From: Ignavibacteriaceae bacterium
Lineage (GTDB): Bacteria; Bacteroidota; Ignavibacteria; Ignavibacteriales; Ignavibacteriaceae
Reading direction: 5' to 3'
NCBI GenBank assembly: GCA_046706945.1
Contig: JBJKOY010000213.1
Span: 731 to 64,730, forward strand
Length of the DNA: 64,000 nt
The notes under the pieces are model-generated. The model was not told the origin of the DNA. It ran no database searches and was given only the letters and a program-made list of their open reading frames with translations. How positions within the stretch are numbered: the stretch's first letter is position 1; each line of letters starts with the position of its first letter. A program made the position numbers and the translations under genes. This document shows positions 27,152 to 36,738 of the stretch, in pieces.

Positions 27152-28852
27152 ATGATCTTCGGATTTGCGCCTTTAGACATACTGGTTATCGTCGTTTACG
27201 TTGCCGTAATCGTATACCTGGGATGGCGTACGAAAAATAAAGTAAAGAATTCGGGCGACTACTTTATGGGCGGAAGAAAAGGCAGCAAAATAATGATGAT
27301 CGCAAACGGTTTCGGAGGCGCCACTCACACCGATCAGGCGATAGGCGTAGCCGGCGCTACGTACGAAATAGGTCTGGGCGGAATCTGGTACCAGTGGATG
27401 TATCTTTTTGTTACTCCTTTCTTTTGGCTGCTGGGTCCGATTTACAGACGAGTTCGGTATCTAACCACCAGTGATTTTTTTGAAGAGAGATACGGCTTCA
27501 GGCACGGTATCGCGTACTCTATTATGGGCCTGCTTTATTATATAATGGATACCGGTCTCATATTAAAAGGAACCGGTACCGCCATTGAAGCCGTTTCGCA
27601 CGGAAAAATCCCGTCCGACGTAATAATAATATTTATTACAATTTTCTTTCTTGCATATAGTGTTATCGGCGGACTGGCGTCGGCGCTGGTAGTTAATCTT
27701 CTTCAGGGGTTTTTTATTCTTATTTTATCGTTCTTATTAATCCCGTTTGCTTTACACGCGGGCGGGGGGATGGCATCCATAAAGGCTCACCTTCCTTCCT
27801 ACATGTTTAGTTTTGTTGCGCCGAAAGAAGCAACATTGTTTTTTATTATTATGGTCGTAATAAACGGGTTGGTGGGAGTGGTTGTTCAGCCGCATCAAAT
27901 GGCGCTGGGAGGCGCCGGGAAATCGGAAAAAAGCTGCAGGACCGGCTGGACCTACGGCACCTTTACTAAACGAATCGCCACGCTGGGCTGGGCATTTGTG
28001 GGGGTATTTGCCGCTGCGTTATATCCCGGTTTAAGCAGTGCCAACCGCGAAAGCGCTTTCGGTTTGATGGTTGTAAATCTTTTACCTACCGGATTACTCG
28101 GCCTTATGGTTGCCGCAATGATAGCCGCCATATTAGCCGTGCTTCACAATTATATGGTAGGCGGTTCGGCCATTATAACAAGAAATTTATACAAGAGATT
28201 TTTTGTAAAGAATCTTGAAGTCAAAAAGGAATTAAAAATAGCGCGGCTTTCATCCGTACTGCTTATAACAGGGGGTGTCACTATTGCGCTTATACTTCCG
28301 AGCGTAATAGACGGACTGGTGATAGTATGGCATTTTACGGCATTCTTCGGTATAGGTTTCTGGATGGCCTTAATATGGCGTAAAGCAAACCGGTACGGCT
28401 TATGGGCCAGTCTTATTTCGACAATATCATGCACGCTTATTTCGGGACCGTATTTCTCGTTCGGGTTCGGATGGACAACGGCTTATCAGATAGCCCTGTA
28501 CCTGCCGGTGGGTTTTATTACAATGATCCTGGTAAGCTATTTTACAAAGGAAGAGCCGGCGGAAAATTTGAACAGATTCTATGCGCTGCTGCATACGCCT
28601 GTCGGTGAAGAATATAAGCTGGCGGAGAAAGGCATCGATATGGTATTTAAAGGAGAATCCGTTCACGAATCTAAAAATGACGGCGAATCGCTTGAAGAAA
28701 ACGGTCATAGCCTTTTGCTTGTAGACCTATTATCTCTTCATAAGAAATTTTCATTTAAGAAATACCGTGAAGACATCGTCGGCTTCGCTTGGGCGACGGT
28801 TTTTGTTATTGCAATTTTTGCGGTCGGTTTGATAGCGGCCGGCATAGGATAA
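27152..28852 (+). CDS. sodium:solute symporter (SSS) family transporter
   Basis: 566 aa with about 13 TM segments. The start is typical of SSS (DILVIVVYVAVIVYLGW...SGDYFMGGRK). Confidence 0.85.
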   Translation: MIFGFAPLDILVIVVYVAVIVYLGWRTKNKVKNSGDYFMGGRKGSKIMMIANGFGGATHTDQAIGVAGATYEIGLGGIWYQWMYLFVTPFFWLLGPIYRRVRYLTTSDFFEERYGFRHGIAYSIMGLLYYIMDTGLILKGTGTAIEAVSHGKIPSDVIIIFITIFFLAYSVIGGLASALVVNLLQGFFILILSFLLIPFALHAGGGMASIKAHLPSYMFSFVAPKEATLFFIIMVVINGLVGVVVQPHQMALGGAGKSEKSCRTGWTYGTFTKRIATLGWAFVGVFAAALYPGLSSANRESAFGLMVVNLLPTGLLGLMVAAMIAAILAVLHNYMVGGSAIITRNLYKRFFVKNLEVKKELKIARLSSVLLITGGVTIALILPSVIDGLVIVWHFTAFFGIGFWMALIWRKANRYGLWASLISTISCTLISGPYFSFGFGWTTAYQIALYLPVGFITMILVSYFTKEEPAENLNRFYALLHTPVGEEYKLAEKGIDMVFKGESVHESKNDGESLEENGHSLLLVDLLSLHKKFSFKKYREDIVGFAWATVFVIAIFAVGLIAAGIG

Positions 28853-28946
28853 AACACTTCAGCAGGGGAAATTATGATGGGGGTACAACATAAAACTTTC
28901 GGGATTTAATAAAGTAAATAATATTGCCTGAACAGGAGTTAAAACT

Positions 28947-30215
28947 ATGAGTACCCCGGGCACCCGCACCCTTAAAGTTCTGTTTATAACGATAATTTTA
29001 TTTTTCCCTTATCATAATTCCGTATTCGCAACAAACCCTGATTCTCTCCGGGCGGAAATCCTAAAAGCGATTAACAACGAAGCCGGTTATGCGGCAAATG
29101 TTCTCCTGGATAAAGAAGGAAAGTCGCGCTGCGATTATCATATGGTGGAAGGGAAGTGGCTCCCGTATGAGCCCGCATGGCACACCGGGCAGATTATTAA
29201 TGCGCTTGTTGATGCTTATAAAATTACCGGGAACGAAGCTTACCTTAATGCCGCCAAGAAAGCCGGCGACTGGTGGTGCGGTCTGCAGATCAGGAACAAT
29301 CCCAAATTGAACGGAATGCTAAACGCCGTACACGGCGACTATGTCGGCGATTATATTGTATTTGCAACCGTATCGGACGGAACCCCGGGATTATTTAATC
29401 TTTACGGGGTAACAGGTATAAAGAAGTACGCGGAAGTGCCGACCGAAGCAGGCGAGTGGATGCTGAAAAACCTGTATGTTCCTGATTCGGGTGTCTTTTA
29501 CGATGCTATTAATGCGAAAACCGGAGAAGTGATAAAGAAAAACTCGCCGTTCTGGCCGGATAAAAAAAATCAAACTTTATTTGACGTGGCCAGACCTAAT
29601 AACGAGGGATATCTATTTAAAGATATGTACGAGTTTACCGGTAAGGAAAAATTTAAAGAAGTATTCCTCAGCATATGCGAAAGCCTGGTAAGGAAACAGG
29701 GTAAAGAAGGTTTGTGGATGCAGTTCACTCCCAACGACGCAAGGGACGGTTTTATTCATCCCCGTTTTAATTTATGGTATGCCGAATCGTTGTTGGAAGG
29801 ATATGACCTTACCAAAGATAAACGCTATCTGGATGCAGCGTTAAAGACCCTAAGGACTTTTCAGAAAATACAAAGGCCCGACGGCACCATATTCTATAAA
29901 AATTATTTAAAAGGAAAATACAAAGACAATTCCGTAACCGGTTCCGCAGTGGCTTTTGCCGCGCTGCTTTGGATAAGAGCCGTTGATTACGGTGTCGGCG
30001 ATGAATTTAAGGCAAGCATTGAAAAATCTTTTAAATGGATATTGAAGAACAGATTTTCCGGCGATAATCCCGATAAGAATTTAAGTTATGCGGTTATCGA
30101 TACCCGGATGAAAATAGTGCACGGGAAGATAAATCTTATTCAGAGAGACGTAGGCACATCGTTCGCATTAAGATTCTTAACAAAATATTACAATTACAAA
30201 TTCGGCGAAAAGTAA
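28947..30215 (+). CDS. secreted protein of unknown function, alpha/alpha-toroid-like repeats
   Basis: Signal peptide. Repeated helical-hairpin motifs of the kind seen in six-hairpin glycosidase or AGE-like folds (AWHTGQIINALVDAYKITGNEAYLNAAKKAGDWW; FNLWYAESLLEGYDLTKDKRYLDAALKTL). No family could be assigned by eye. Confidence 0.55.
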   Translation: MSTPGTRTLKVLFITIILFFPYHNSVFATNPDSLRAEILKAINNEAGYAANVLLDKEGKSRCDYHMVEGKWLPYEPAWHTGQIINALVDAYKITGNEAYLNAAKKAGDWWCGLQIRNNPKLNGMLNAVHGDYVGDYIVFATVSDGTPGLFNLYGVTGIKKYAEVPTEAGEWMLKNLYVPDSGVFYDAINAKTGEVIKKNSPFWPDKKNQTLFDVARPNNEGYLFKDMYEFTGKEKFKEVFLSICESLVRKQGKEGLWMQFTPNDARDGFIHPRFNLWYAESLLEGYDLTKDKRYLDAALKTLRTFQKIQRPDGTIFYKNYLKGKYKDNSVTGSAVAFAALLWIRAVDYGVGDEFKASIEKSFKWILKNRFSGDNPDKNLSYAVIDTRMKIVHGKINLIQRDVGTSFALRFLTKYYNYKFGEK

Positions 30216-30219
30216 TACC

Positions 30220-31968
30220 ATGAAAACAAATAAAATCGTCACCGCTTTTTCCATCATAATATTTTTTACGGTTTCAGGTTTTATTGCTGCCGATGCACAA
30301 TCTAAAGTTTATTACGTTTCGCCGGACGGCAGCAGTTCAAATCCCGGAACTTCGATTAATAAACCTTTCGCTTCGGTCAACCGCGCATTAAAGCAGGCCG
30401 CTGCCGGTGATACCGTTTATTTGCTGCCCGGTACTTACAAGGAGATTATTGTATTCCGGGATAAGAAAGGAATCCCCGAAAAATCAATTTGCCTGACGGG
30501 AATTACCCATAATCCCAAAGAGTATCCCGTTATAGACGGAGGTGCGGAAAAACCATTGCTGGACGGGCAGAACGATTGGATGTACATAAAAGATTCCGAC
30601 TGGCTGAGTATATCAAGAATAAAGTTTGTGAACGGCTGGACGTACCCGGTTAAAATACGAAATTCTTCTTATCTCTCGTTCGACAGCTGTATTTTCTACG
30701 GCGGCAAAAGAGTAATAAACGTAGCAGGGATTTTATCGCATCATATACTGGTTGAAAACTGTTATTGGGACCAGGGCGGAAGATATCTGTGGACGGTAAA
30801 GAAAGACTCGGCCGGCGTGGAAGCTTGGCTGTCGATGCATCACGTGGGGATGGGGTATTATAACGGGTCGCTGATTGATTTCAGCGGAACCGGCGGATCG
30901 ATTGTCATAAGGAACAATACTATAATCAATGCTTACAACGCCATCAGATTCCGCGGGCAGGAAGGATGCGACGCCGATGTTGAAATTTACGGCAACCGCA
31001 TTTCATACGTCCGCGATAACGATTTCGAGCCCGAATATTATTCGTACAATCTTTTTATCTATAACAATATTTCACACAACATACATCGCACCTTATCCGT
31101 CGATAACGTTAGAGGCGGATACATTTATTATTTCGGTAATGTGGTTACGGACGATAATGATCCTTGGACGCAGCAGGTATGCGCGAGTTTCGGCAAAATA
31201 TACGGTTCGGAAAGACAATTGGATTACCCGCTCTATGTTTTCAACAACAGCTTTTGCGGGGCGGCAATGGCGTACAAAATGGATGCGGGTAAGGCCATCC
31301 TGTTGAAACATTTCAACAATGCTTTTTACTTCCGGTCGGATACCGGATTTATAGTTAATCAATGGGATAAGACCCTGGAATTCGATTACGATATCGTAAA
31401 TACAAAGTGGCCGGAAAACATAATTAAACATAACCGGGAACAGCACGGGAAAGTAACAGATATAAAATTTGCCGATCCGGGAAAGGAAGATTTGCGGCTT
31501 GAAAAAAACAGTCCTGGTATTGACGCCGGCAAGGTAATTACATTAAAGGAATTGGACTGGACGCAGCGGTACGAAGGCAAAGGTCCGGACATAGGCGCCT
31601 ATGAGAACGGCAATTTGATCGAAGGTCCTGCGTTCCGTTTTAAACTGCCGCCGGACAGCAAGATAACATACAATGAGAAACCGAGAATCGTGCGGTATGA
31701 TATTAACGGAAATAAGATAACACTTTATTTCTCGAGTGAGATCGATCCGTCCTCTGTAAATAAAGAGGATATCAATTTATATAACGGGCAAAACAAACTG
31801 GTAATTGAAAATGTCGCGTTCCCCGATAATAAATATCAAATGGTCTTAACTGCCGGACCGGCCCCGTTAAAAGGCGGGTTGTCCGTTTCATTTAACATTA
31901 TGCCCAAGGGAACCGACGGCGAACTTGCTACGTACTGGGCTTCCGCGATAAAAATAAACGGTAATTAA
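30220..31968 (+). CDS. secreted right-handed parallel beta-helix protein (pectate-lyase-fold, candidate polysaccharide lyase)
   Basis: Signal peptide. N-terminus YYVSPDGSSSNPGTSINKPFASVNRALKQAAAGDTVYLLPGTYKE is typical of beta-helix lyase-fold proteins. Beta-helix rungs follow (IRNNTIINAYN, IYGNRISYVRDN, IYNNISHN). Confidence 0.7.
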   Translation: MKTNKIVTAFSIIIFFTVSGFIAADAQSKVYYVSPDGSSSNPGTSINKPFASVNRALKQAAAGDTVYLLPGTYKEIIVFRDKKGIPEKSICLTGITHNPKEYPVIDGGAEKPLLDGQNDWMYIKDSDWLSISRIKFVNGWTYPVKIRNSSYLSFDSCIFYGGKRVINVAGILSHHILVENCYWDQGGRYLWTVKKDSAGVEAWLSMHHVGMGYYNGSLIDFSGTGGSIVIRNNTIINAYNAIRFRGQEGCDADVEIYGNRISYVRDNDFEPEYYSYNLFIYNNISHNIHRTLSVDNVRGGYIYYFGNVVTDDNDPWTQQVCASFGKIYGSERQLDYPLYVFNNSFCGAAMAYKMDAGKAILLKHFNNAFYFRSDTGFIVNQWDKTLEFDYDIVNTKWPENIIKHNREQHGKVTDIKFADPGKEDLRLEKNSPGIDAGKVITLKELDWTQRYEGKGPDIGAYENGNLIEGPAFRFKLPPDSKITYNEKPRIVRYDINGNKITLYFSSEIDPSSVNKEDINLYNGQNKLVIENVAFPDNKYQMVLTAGPAPLKGGLSVSFNIMPKGTDGELATYWASAIKINGN

Positions 31969-31983
31969 ACAGGGAGTCCGGTA

Positions 31984-33228
31984 ATGAGCGCAAAGAAAAA
32001 AATATTGTTGTTCCTTTCTTCTATCGGGCCGGGAATGTTTCTCGTCGGCTACAACATAGGTACCGGCAGCGTGACAACAATGGCGCAGGCTGGAGCATCG
32101 TACAATATGATGTTAACCTGGACGATATTGGTTGCATGTATTTTTACATATTTCCTCCTGATAGCCTTCGGAAAGTTTACCGTTGTAACCGGACAGGCGG
32201 CAATATTCAGCTATAAAAAGTATTTCGGCAAATCCGTCGCGATATTCGTTCTACTTACAATAATATTTACCGAGATGGTATCCAGCATAGGCGTAATGGC
32301 GATAGTAACCGATGTTGTCAGGGAATGGACAAAACCGCTGACGGCTTCCGGCCAGGGCTTTAATACGATTGTTTTGACATTTGTCTTTGCAGGAGCGATT
32401 GTATTTTCCTTACTGAACAGGCAGTATACCGCGGTTGAAAAAATATTAACCCTGTTTGTTGCTTTGATGGGGTTAAGTTTCATCCTAACCATGTTTACGG
32501 TTGTCCCCGATCCCGCGGTCGTAATTAAAGGATTGATCCCGAAAATACCGAAAGAAGCAGATGCTCCTCTTATTGTTACGGGAATGCTGGGAACCACTAT
32601 GGGCGGAGTGCTGTACGTGGTTCGTTCCATAACTGTTAAGCAAAAGCAGTGGAAAATAAGCGATCTGAAAATTGAAAAACGCGACGCGCTCATTTCTTCC
32701 GTATTAATGTTTGTGTTGAGCATTTCGGTGATGGCCGCGGCCGCCGGAACGTTGTACCCCAAAGGACTCCATGTAGAAAATGCGATAGACATGATAAAGC
32801 TGCTGGAACCTATTGCGGGAAGGTTCGCGATTTCCGTTTTCGTGGTGGGAATAGTCTGCGCGGGTTTGTCGTCTTTATATCCCCACTATATGCTGGTCCC
32901 TCTGCTGCTGGCCGACTATATGGAAGAGGATCTTGATTTCGGCAAGACCCGCAATAAGATCATAGTTATTTCATACGCTTCGCTCGGATTAATTGTGCCT
33001 GTATTCGGGGGAAGGCCGGTAACGGTAATGATAGCATCGCAGGCATTTACGCTTATAGTAACGCCTCTGGTTATAATTCTTACGTTTATTTTGATGAACC
33101 GGAAATCTGTAATGGGCGATTATAAGGCCGGAGCCGGGGCGAATATAATGTTTTCGGTTATTTCCGTATTCACGATCATTATGTCTGTAGAGGGGGCAGC
33201 GGCATTATTCGAGCTGCTGAAACATTAG
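31984..33228 (+). CDS. NRAMP-fold (COG1914-like) transporter lacking the canonical metal-binding residues
   Basis: About 11 TM segments. The N-terminal segment IGPGMFLVGYNIGTGSVTTMAQAGASYNMMLTW aligns by eye to MntH [32 protein letters not shown]. Confidence 0.75.
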   Translation: MSAKKKILLFLSSIGPGMFLVGYNIGTGSVTTMAQAGASYNMMLTWTILVACIFTYFLLIAFGKFTVVTGQAAIFSYKKYFGKSVAIFVLLTIIFTEMVSSIGVMAIVTDVVREWTKPLTASGQGFNTIVLTFVFAGAIVFSLLNRQYTAVEKILTLFVALMGLSFILTMFTVVPDPAVVIKGLIPKIPKEADAPLIVTGMLGTTMGGVLYVVRSITVKQKQWKISDLKIEKRDALISSVLMFVLSISVMAAAAGTLYPKGLHVENAIDMIKLLEPIAGRFAISVFVVGIVCAGLSSLYPHYMLVPLLLADYMEEDLDFGKTRNKIIVISYASLGLIVPVFGGRPVTVMIASQAFTLIVTPLVIILTFILMNRKSVMGDYKAGAGANIMFSVISVFTIIMSVEGAAALFELLKH

Positions 33229-33242
33229 AAAGAGGAACTGAA

Positions 33243-34157
33243 ATGTTCGATAAAAGAATTACGTGTTGTTACCTGCATCCAATCACCAAATACGGTTACC
33301 CGCCGCCGGCGGAAAAAACAACGGATTATGTTTACGAGATGCGCGGTCTCGGTTTTACTTCGATTGAACTTGAAGGCATCAGAGAAAATCATTTGTCCAT
33401 AGTCTTCGAAGAAAGATACGCAATAAAGGAAACCTTGCGGAAATTAAACGTCGAACTGCCTTACTTTTGTGCGGTGCTGCCGGGTCTATCGTCGTCGGAT
33501 GAAAAAGAAAGGCTTCGTAATATCGGGTTGTTTGATAAAGGATGCAGGATAGCGGCACTGTTTAATTCAAAAGGTATACTTGATAACGCACCTCTACCGC
33601 CTTATCAATTCCCGGGGGATATTCCGGTTGTAAGACATTACGGGGAAGAAGCACTAAGCGCCGCATATTTACCGGATGGTTTTGAATGGAATAAATATGC
33701 GGATATACTTGCCGATACTTTTAAAACCTTATGCGAGATCGCGGCAGGTTATAACCTGACCTACCAGCTGCATCCTGCGGTCGGCACGCTCGCATCAACG
33801 GCAGACGGATATTTATACTTCAGTGACAGGATAAACAAGGACAACCTTCGGTTTAATCTTGATACGGCCAACCTGTTCGCGTTAAAAGAAAATTTGCCGC
33901 TCTCGCTCCTAAAATTAAAAGATCAAATTGACTACATACATTTTTCCGATAACGGCGGAACTAAAGTCGAGCATCTTCCGGCCGGCAGGGGAATAATTAA
34001 ATGGGAAAAGTTTTTCGAGGCTCTTGATAAGATAAACTTCAGCGGCAATATCGGGGTCGATATAGGAGGGGAAGAATCAAAGGTAGAAAATTTGGACGAC
34101 GCTTACCGTAACGCCGCAACATACCTGGAAAAGTACTGGCTGAAGAATAAGGCTTGA
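33243..34157 (+). CDS. sugar phosphate isomerase/epimerase (xylose isomerase-like TIM barrel)
   Basis: 304 aa with features typical of the AP_endonuc_2/TIM-barrel family (FTSIELEG..., YQLHP, FNLDTANLF, HFSDN, DIGGE). Confidence 0.7.
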   Translation: MFDKRITCCYLHPITKYGYPPPAEKTTDYVYEMRGLGFTSIELEGIRENHLSIVFEERYAIKETLRKLNVELPYFCAVLPGLSSSDEKERLRNIGLFDKGCRIAALFNSKGILDNAPLPPYQFPGDIPVVRHYGEEALSAAYLPDGFEWNKYADILADTFKTLCEIAAGYNLTYQLHPAVGTLASTADGYLYFSDRINKDNLRFNLDTANLFALKENLPLSLLKLKDQIDYIHFSDNGGTKVEHLPAGRGIIKWEKFFEALDKINFSGNIGVDIGGEESKVENLDDAYRNAATYLEKYWLKNKA

Positions 34158-34161
34158 GGAA

Positions 34162-36732
34162 TTGAAGAAAGTAATTTCGATATTAGGTCTGATTTTATAC
34201 TTAAGCGCGGCTACCTTCGGGCAGAAGCAAGTATTGACAGTTGTACCTCAGCCTCTTGAATATGCATTCACGGCGGAAAAATTCGGAACGGATATTCCCG
34301 CGCTTCAATTAATTAAATTTTATAAAGATACCGAGCCGTTAACCATAGCCGTTAATGATCTAATAAAAACGTTTATGCTTTGTAAAAATGTTTCCGTTTC
34401 CGCCCGGGACAACCCGATCCGTATATTAATCGGTATTCCTGCCGGGAACGATAAATTTAAAAACATATGCAAAGCGAAAAATCTTTTGCCCGGCAAGGAA
34501 CTGGGGGACGAAGGATATAAATTATTAATTGATTCGGCCTGCATCATTATCTCCGCGAATTATTCAAAAGGATTGTTCTACGGCATTCAGTCCCTTAATC
34601 AGATAATTCGCGGAGCAGGGAATAATTATCTGCCCGGGCTTAAAATTACGGACCGGCCGGCTTTTAAGTACCGAGGTGTTATGGATGATATTTCCAGGGG
34701 ACCCGTTCCGACCGTTGATTTTATAAAGTATCAGATAAGGCGGCTGGCGGAGTTAAAGATAAATTTGTTTATGCAGTACGTTGAGCACGTCGTAAAAACA
34801 AAATCGCACCCGGCGTTTGCGCCTAAAGACGGATCGATTACAATCGCTCAATGGAAAGAGCTGGCCGAGTTTGCGCGAAAATACAATATCACGCTGGCCG
34901 GAAGCTTTCAATCGTTCGGACATTTTAATAATATTTTAAGTACCCCGGAATACGCGCGTCTCGGAGAATGCGGGACTCTCATTTCCCCGGTAAACCCCGA
35001 GAGTTATAACTTCCTTAAAGATATTTACTCTGAGATGGTACCGGCTTTCGGGGCGCCGTTCTTTAATATCAACTGCGACGAGACATTTGACCTGGGAAAA
35101 GGTGCCTCAAAAAAACTTGCGGACAGCATCGGTTACGCCGGTCTTTACTACCGTCATATAATGAAGCTTTATAAGATATTAAAGAAGCTAAATACCGAAA
35201 CCATGATGTGGGGGGATATTCTTCTTGAGTACCCGGAATTATTAAAGAAAATTCCCAAAGATATTATTGTCGCAACCTGGACTTACGACAATCTCGAATC
35301 ATATTCAAAATACATACTGCCGATAAAAGAAGCCGGGCTTAAATATTTTGCAGCCGCAGGCACACTTAATTCAAGAAAAATATTTCCCGACTATCGGCAG
35401 ACATTCGGCAACATAAATGGATTTGCACAAGCGGCCGAAAAGAATGACGCCCTCGGATTACTTAATACCGTGTGGGATGACAACGGTACCGCGTTGTTTG
35501 CAAACGATTGGTACGGTGTAGCGTACGGTGCAGATAAAAGCTGGAACCCGGTATCAACCGACAGCGCCGATTTCGACAGCAGATTTAACGGCGGCGTTTA
35601 CGGTGCCTTGAATAATAATTTTACCGCGGCAATACATCTGCTCGGAAAATTATCCGGACTCGAACCCACTTCCGGCATGAACGATAACGTACTGTTCGGA
35701 CGGGTGCTTCCCGACTCGGGAAAGCAATTACGGATTTCAACGGACGGCTGGGATAAGGTTTCGGATTTTTCTAATCAAGCTGCGGGGGCATTAAATGACT
35801 GCAATTTAAAATTTTACCCGCTTGATAAAAAATATATCGGCTTCATCTGCAAGTTGTACGAAACACTTGCCGAAGAAAGATTCGACATAATAAAAGCCGC
35901 GAAGAGTTATGCTCAAGTCGATTCTTTAATTAACCGTAACCCTGACAAAACAAGGGAAGCAATTATTAAATCGGTATATCTCCTCAACCGAATAATCGAT
36001 AAAGAATATGTGCTGAATTCCACATATGAACAGCTATGGTTGAATGAAAACCATACCTATGCTCTGGACAAAGTTACGGGTAATTATTATAAAAAAATAG
36101 ACGCCTTCCGAAAGGTAAAGAACAGGCTCCTTGAATCTTTAAAACTTTTGGACAGCGCACAACCTCCTTTGAGTATTGACCAGGCAGGCTTGGCGGTATC
36201 CGTGCTGACCGGTAAATATTTCAGGGAGTGGCTTGTAATAAAGCCTCTACCTGATAAAGACAATAATCCTGTTTCGCAAATCGATTACCTGGTTGCCGCC
36301 GGGGGTGAGTGTAATACCGCTCCGAAAGTAACCGATGAATTTTACTATAACTCGCTTAAATATCGGTGGACAAGAATTGCAAGTCAGTACGAAGATATAG
36401 TTGATATCTCGGATTTGTTCCCGGATATAAGAAACTGTTTCGTAAGCTATGCTTTCGCATCCGTAGAATCGGATAAGGACACAACGGTAAATGCGATGGC
36501 AGGATTTGCGGAAGGCATGCAGGTATTTGTAAACGGTAAAATTATATATTCGCATAGCTCAGCAGGCGTGTTTCTGCCCGATAAATATTCACTCGGACTG
36601 CCGCTGCGCAAGGGCAAAAATAATCTGATGATAAAAATATCGGGCTTGAGAAACGATCCGCGGTTTACATTCAGACTTACGGAATGCGGCGTTGTTAACC
36701 GGAAGAACAGATATAAAATTAATTTCGATTAA
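34162..36732 (+). CDS. glycoside hydrolase family 20-like (beta-N-acetylhexosaminidase-like) with C-terminal jelly-roll module
   Basis: Signal peptide. GH20 catalytic-domain entry motif ITDRPAFKYRGVMDDISRGPVP, and a D-E pair in FFNINCDETFDLGKG. TTG start in the track. Confidence 0.7.
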   Translation: MKKVISILGLILYLSAATFGQKQVLTVVPQPLEYAFTAEKFGTDIPALQLIKFYKDTEPLTIAVNDLIKTFMLCKNVSVSARDNPIRILIGIPAGNDKFKNICKAKNLLPGKELGDEGYKLLIDSACIIISANYSKGLFYGIQSLNQIIRGAGNNYLPGLKITDRPAFKYRGVMDDISRGPVPTVDFIKYQIRRLAELKINLFMQYVEHVVKTKSHPAFAPKDGSITIAQWKELAEFARKYNITLAGSFQSFGHFNNILSTPEYARLGECGTLISPVNPESYNFLKDIYSEMVPAFGAPFFNINCDETFDLGKGASKKLADSIGYAGLYYRHIMKLYKILKKLNTETMMWGDILLEYPELLKKIPKDIIVATWTYDNLESYSKYILPIKEAGLKYFAAAGTLNSRKIFPDYRQTFGNINGFAQAAEKNDALGLLNTVWDDNGTALFANDWYGVAYGADKSWNPVSTDSADFDSRFNGGVYGALNNNFTAAIHLLGKLSGLEPTSGMNDNVLFGRVLPDSGKQLRISTDGWDKVSDFSNQAAGALNDCNLKFYPLDKKYIGFICKLYETLAEERFDIIKAAKSYAQVDSLINRNPDKTREAIIKSVYLLNRIIDKEYVLNSTYEQLWLNENHTYALDKVTGNYYKKIDAFRKVKNRLLESLKLLDSAQPPLSIDQAGLAVSVLTGKYFREWLVIKPLPDKDNNPVSQIDYLVAAGGECNTAPKVTDEFYYNSLKYRWTRIASQYEDIVDISDLFPDIRNCFVSYAFASVESDKDTTVNAMAGFAEGMQVFVNGKIIYSHSSAGVFLPDKYSLGLPLRKGKNNLMIKISGLRNDPRFTFRLTECGVVNRKNRYKINFD

Positions 36733-36738
36733 ACATAA

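Noticed and set aside
32211-32792. Long antisense ORFs nested inside well-supported genes. Examples: 32211-32792, 60317-60796, 47470-47925, 44934-45326, 23145-23525, 56390-56851 and 17764-18198, plus many 60-130 aa ORFs in the track.
   Set aside because: Each lies entirely or largely within the opposite strand (or another frame) of a gene with clear family motifs. Their translations are low-complexity or motif-free. Dense same-strand operon structure leaves no room for them.
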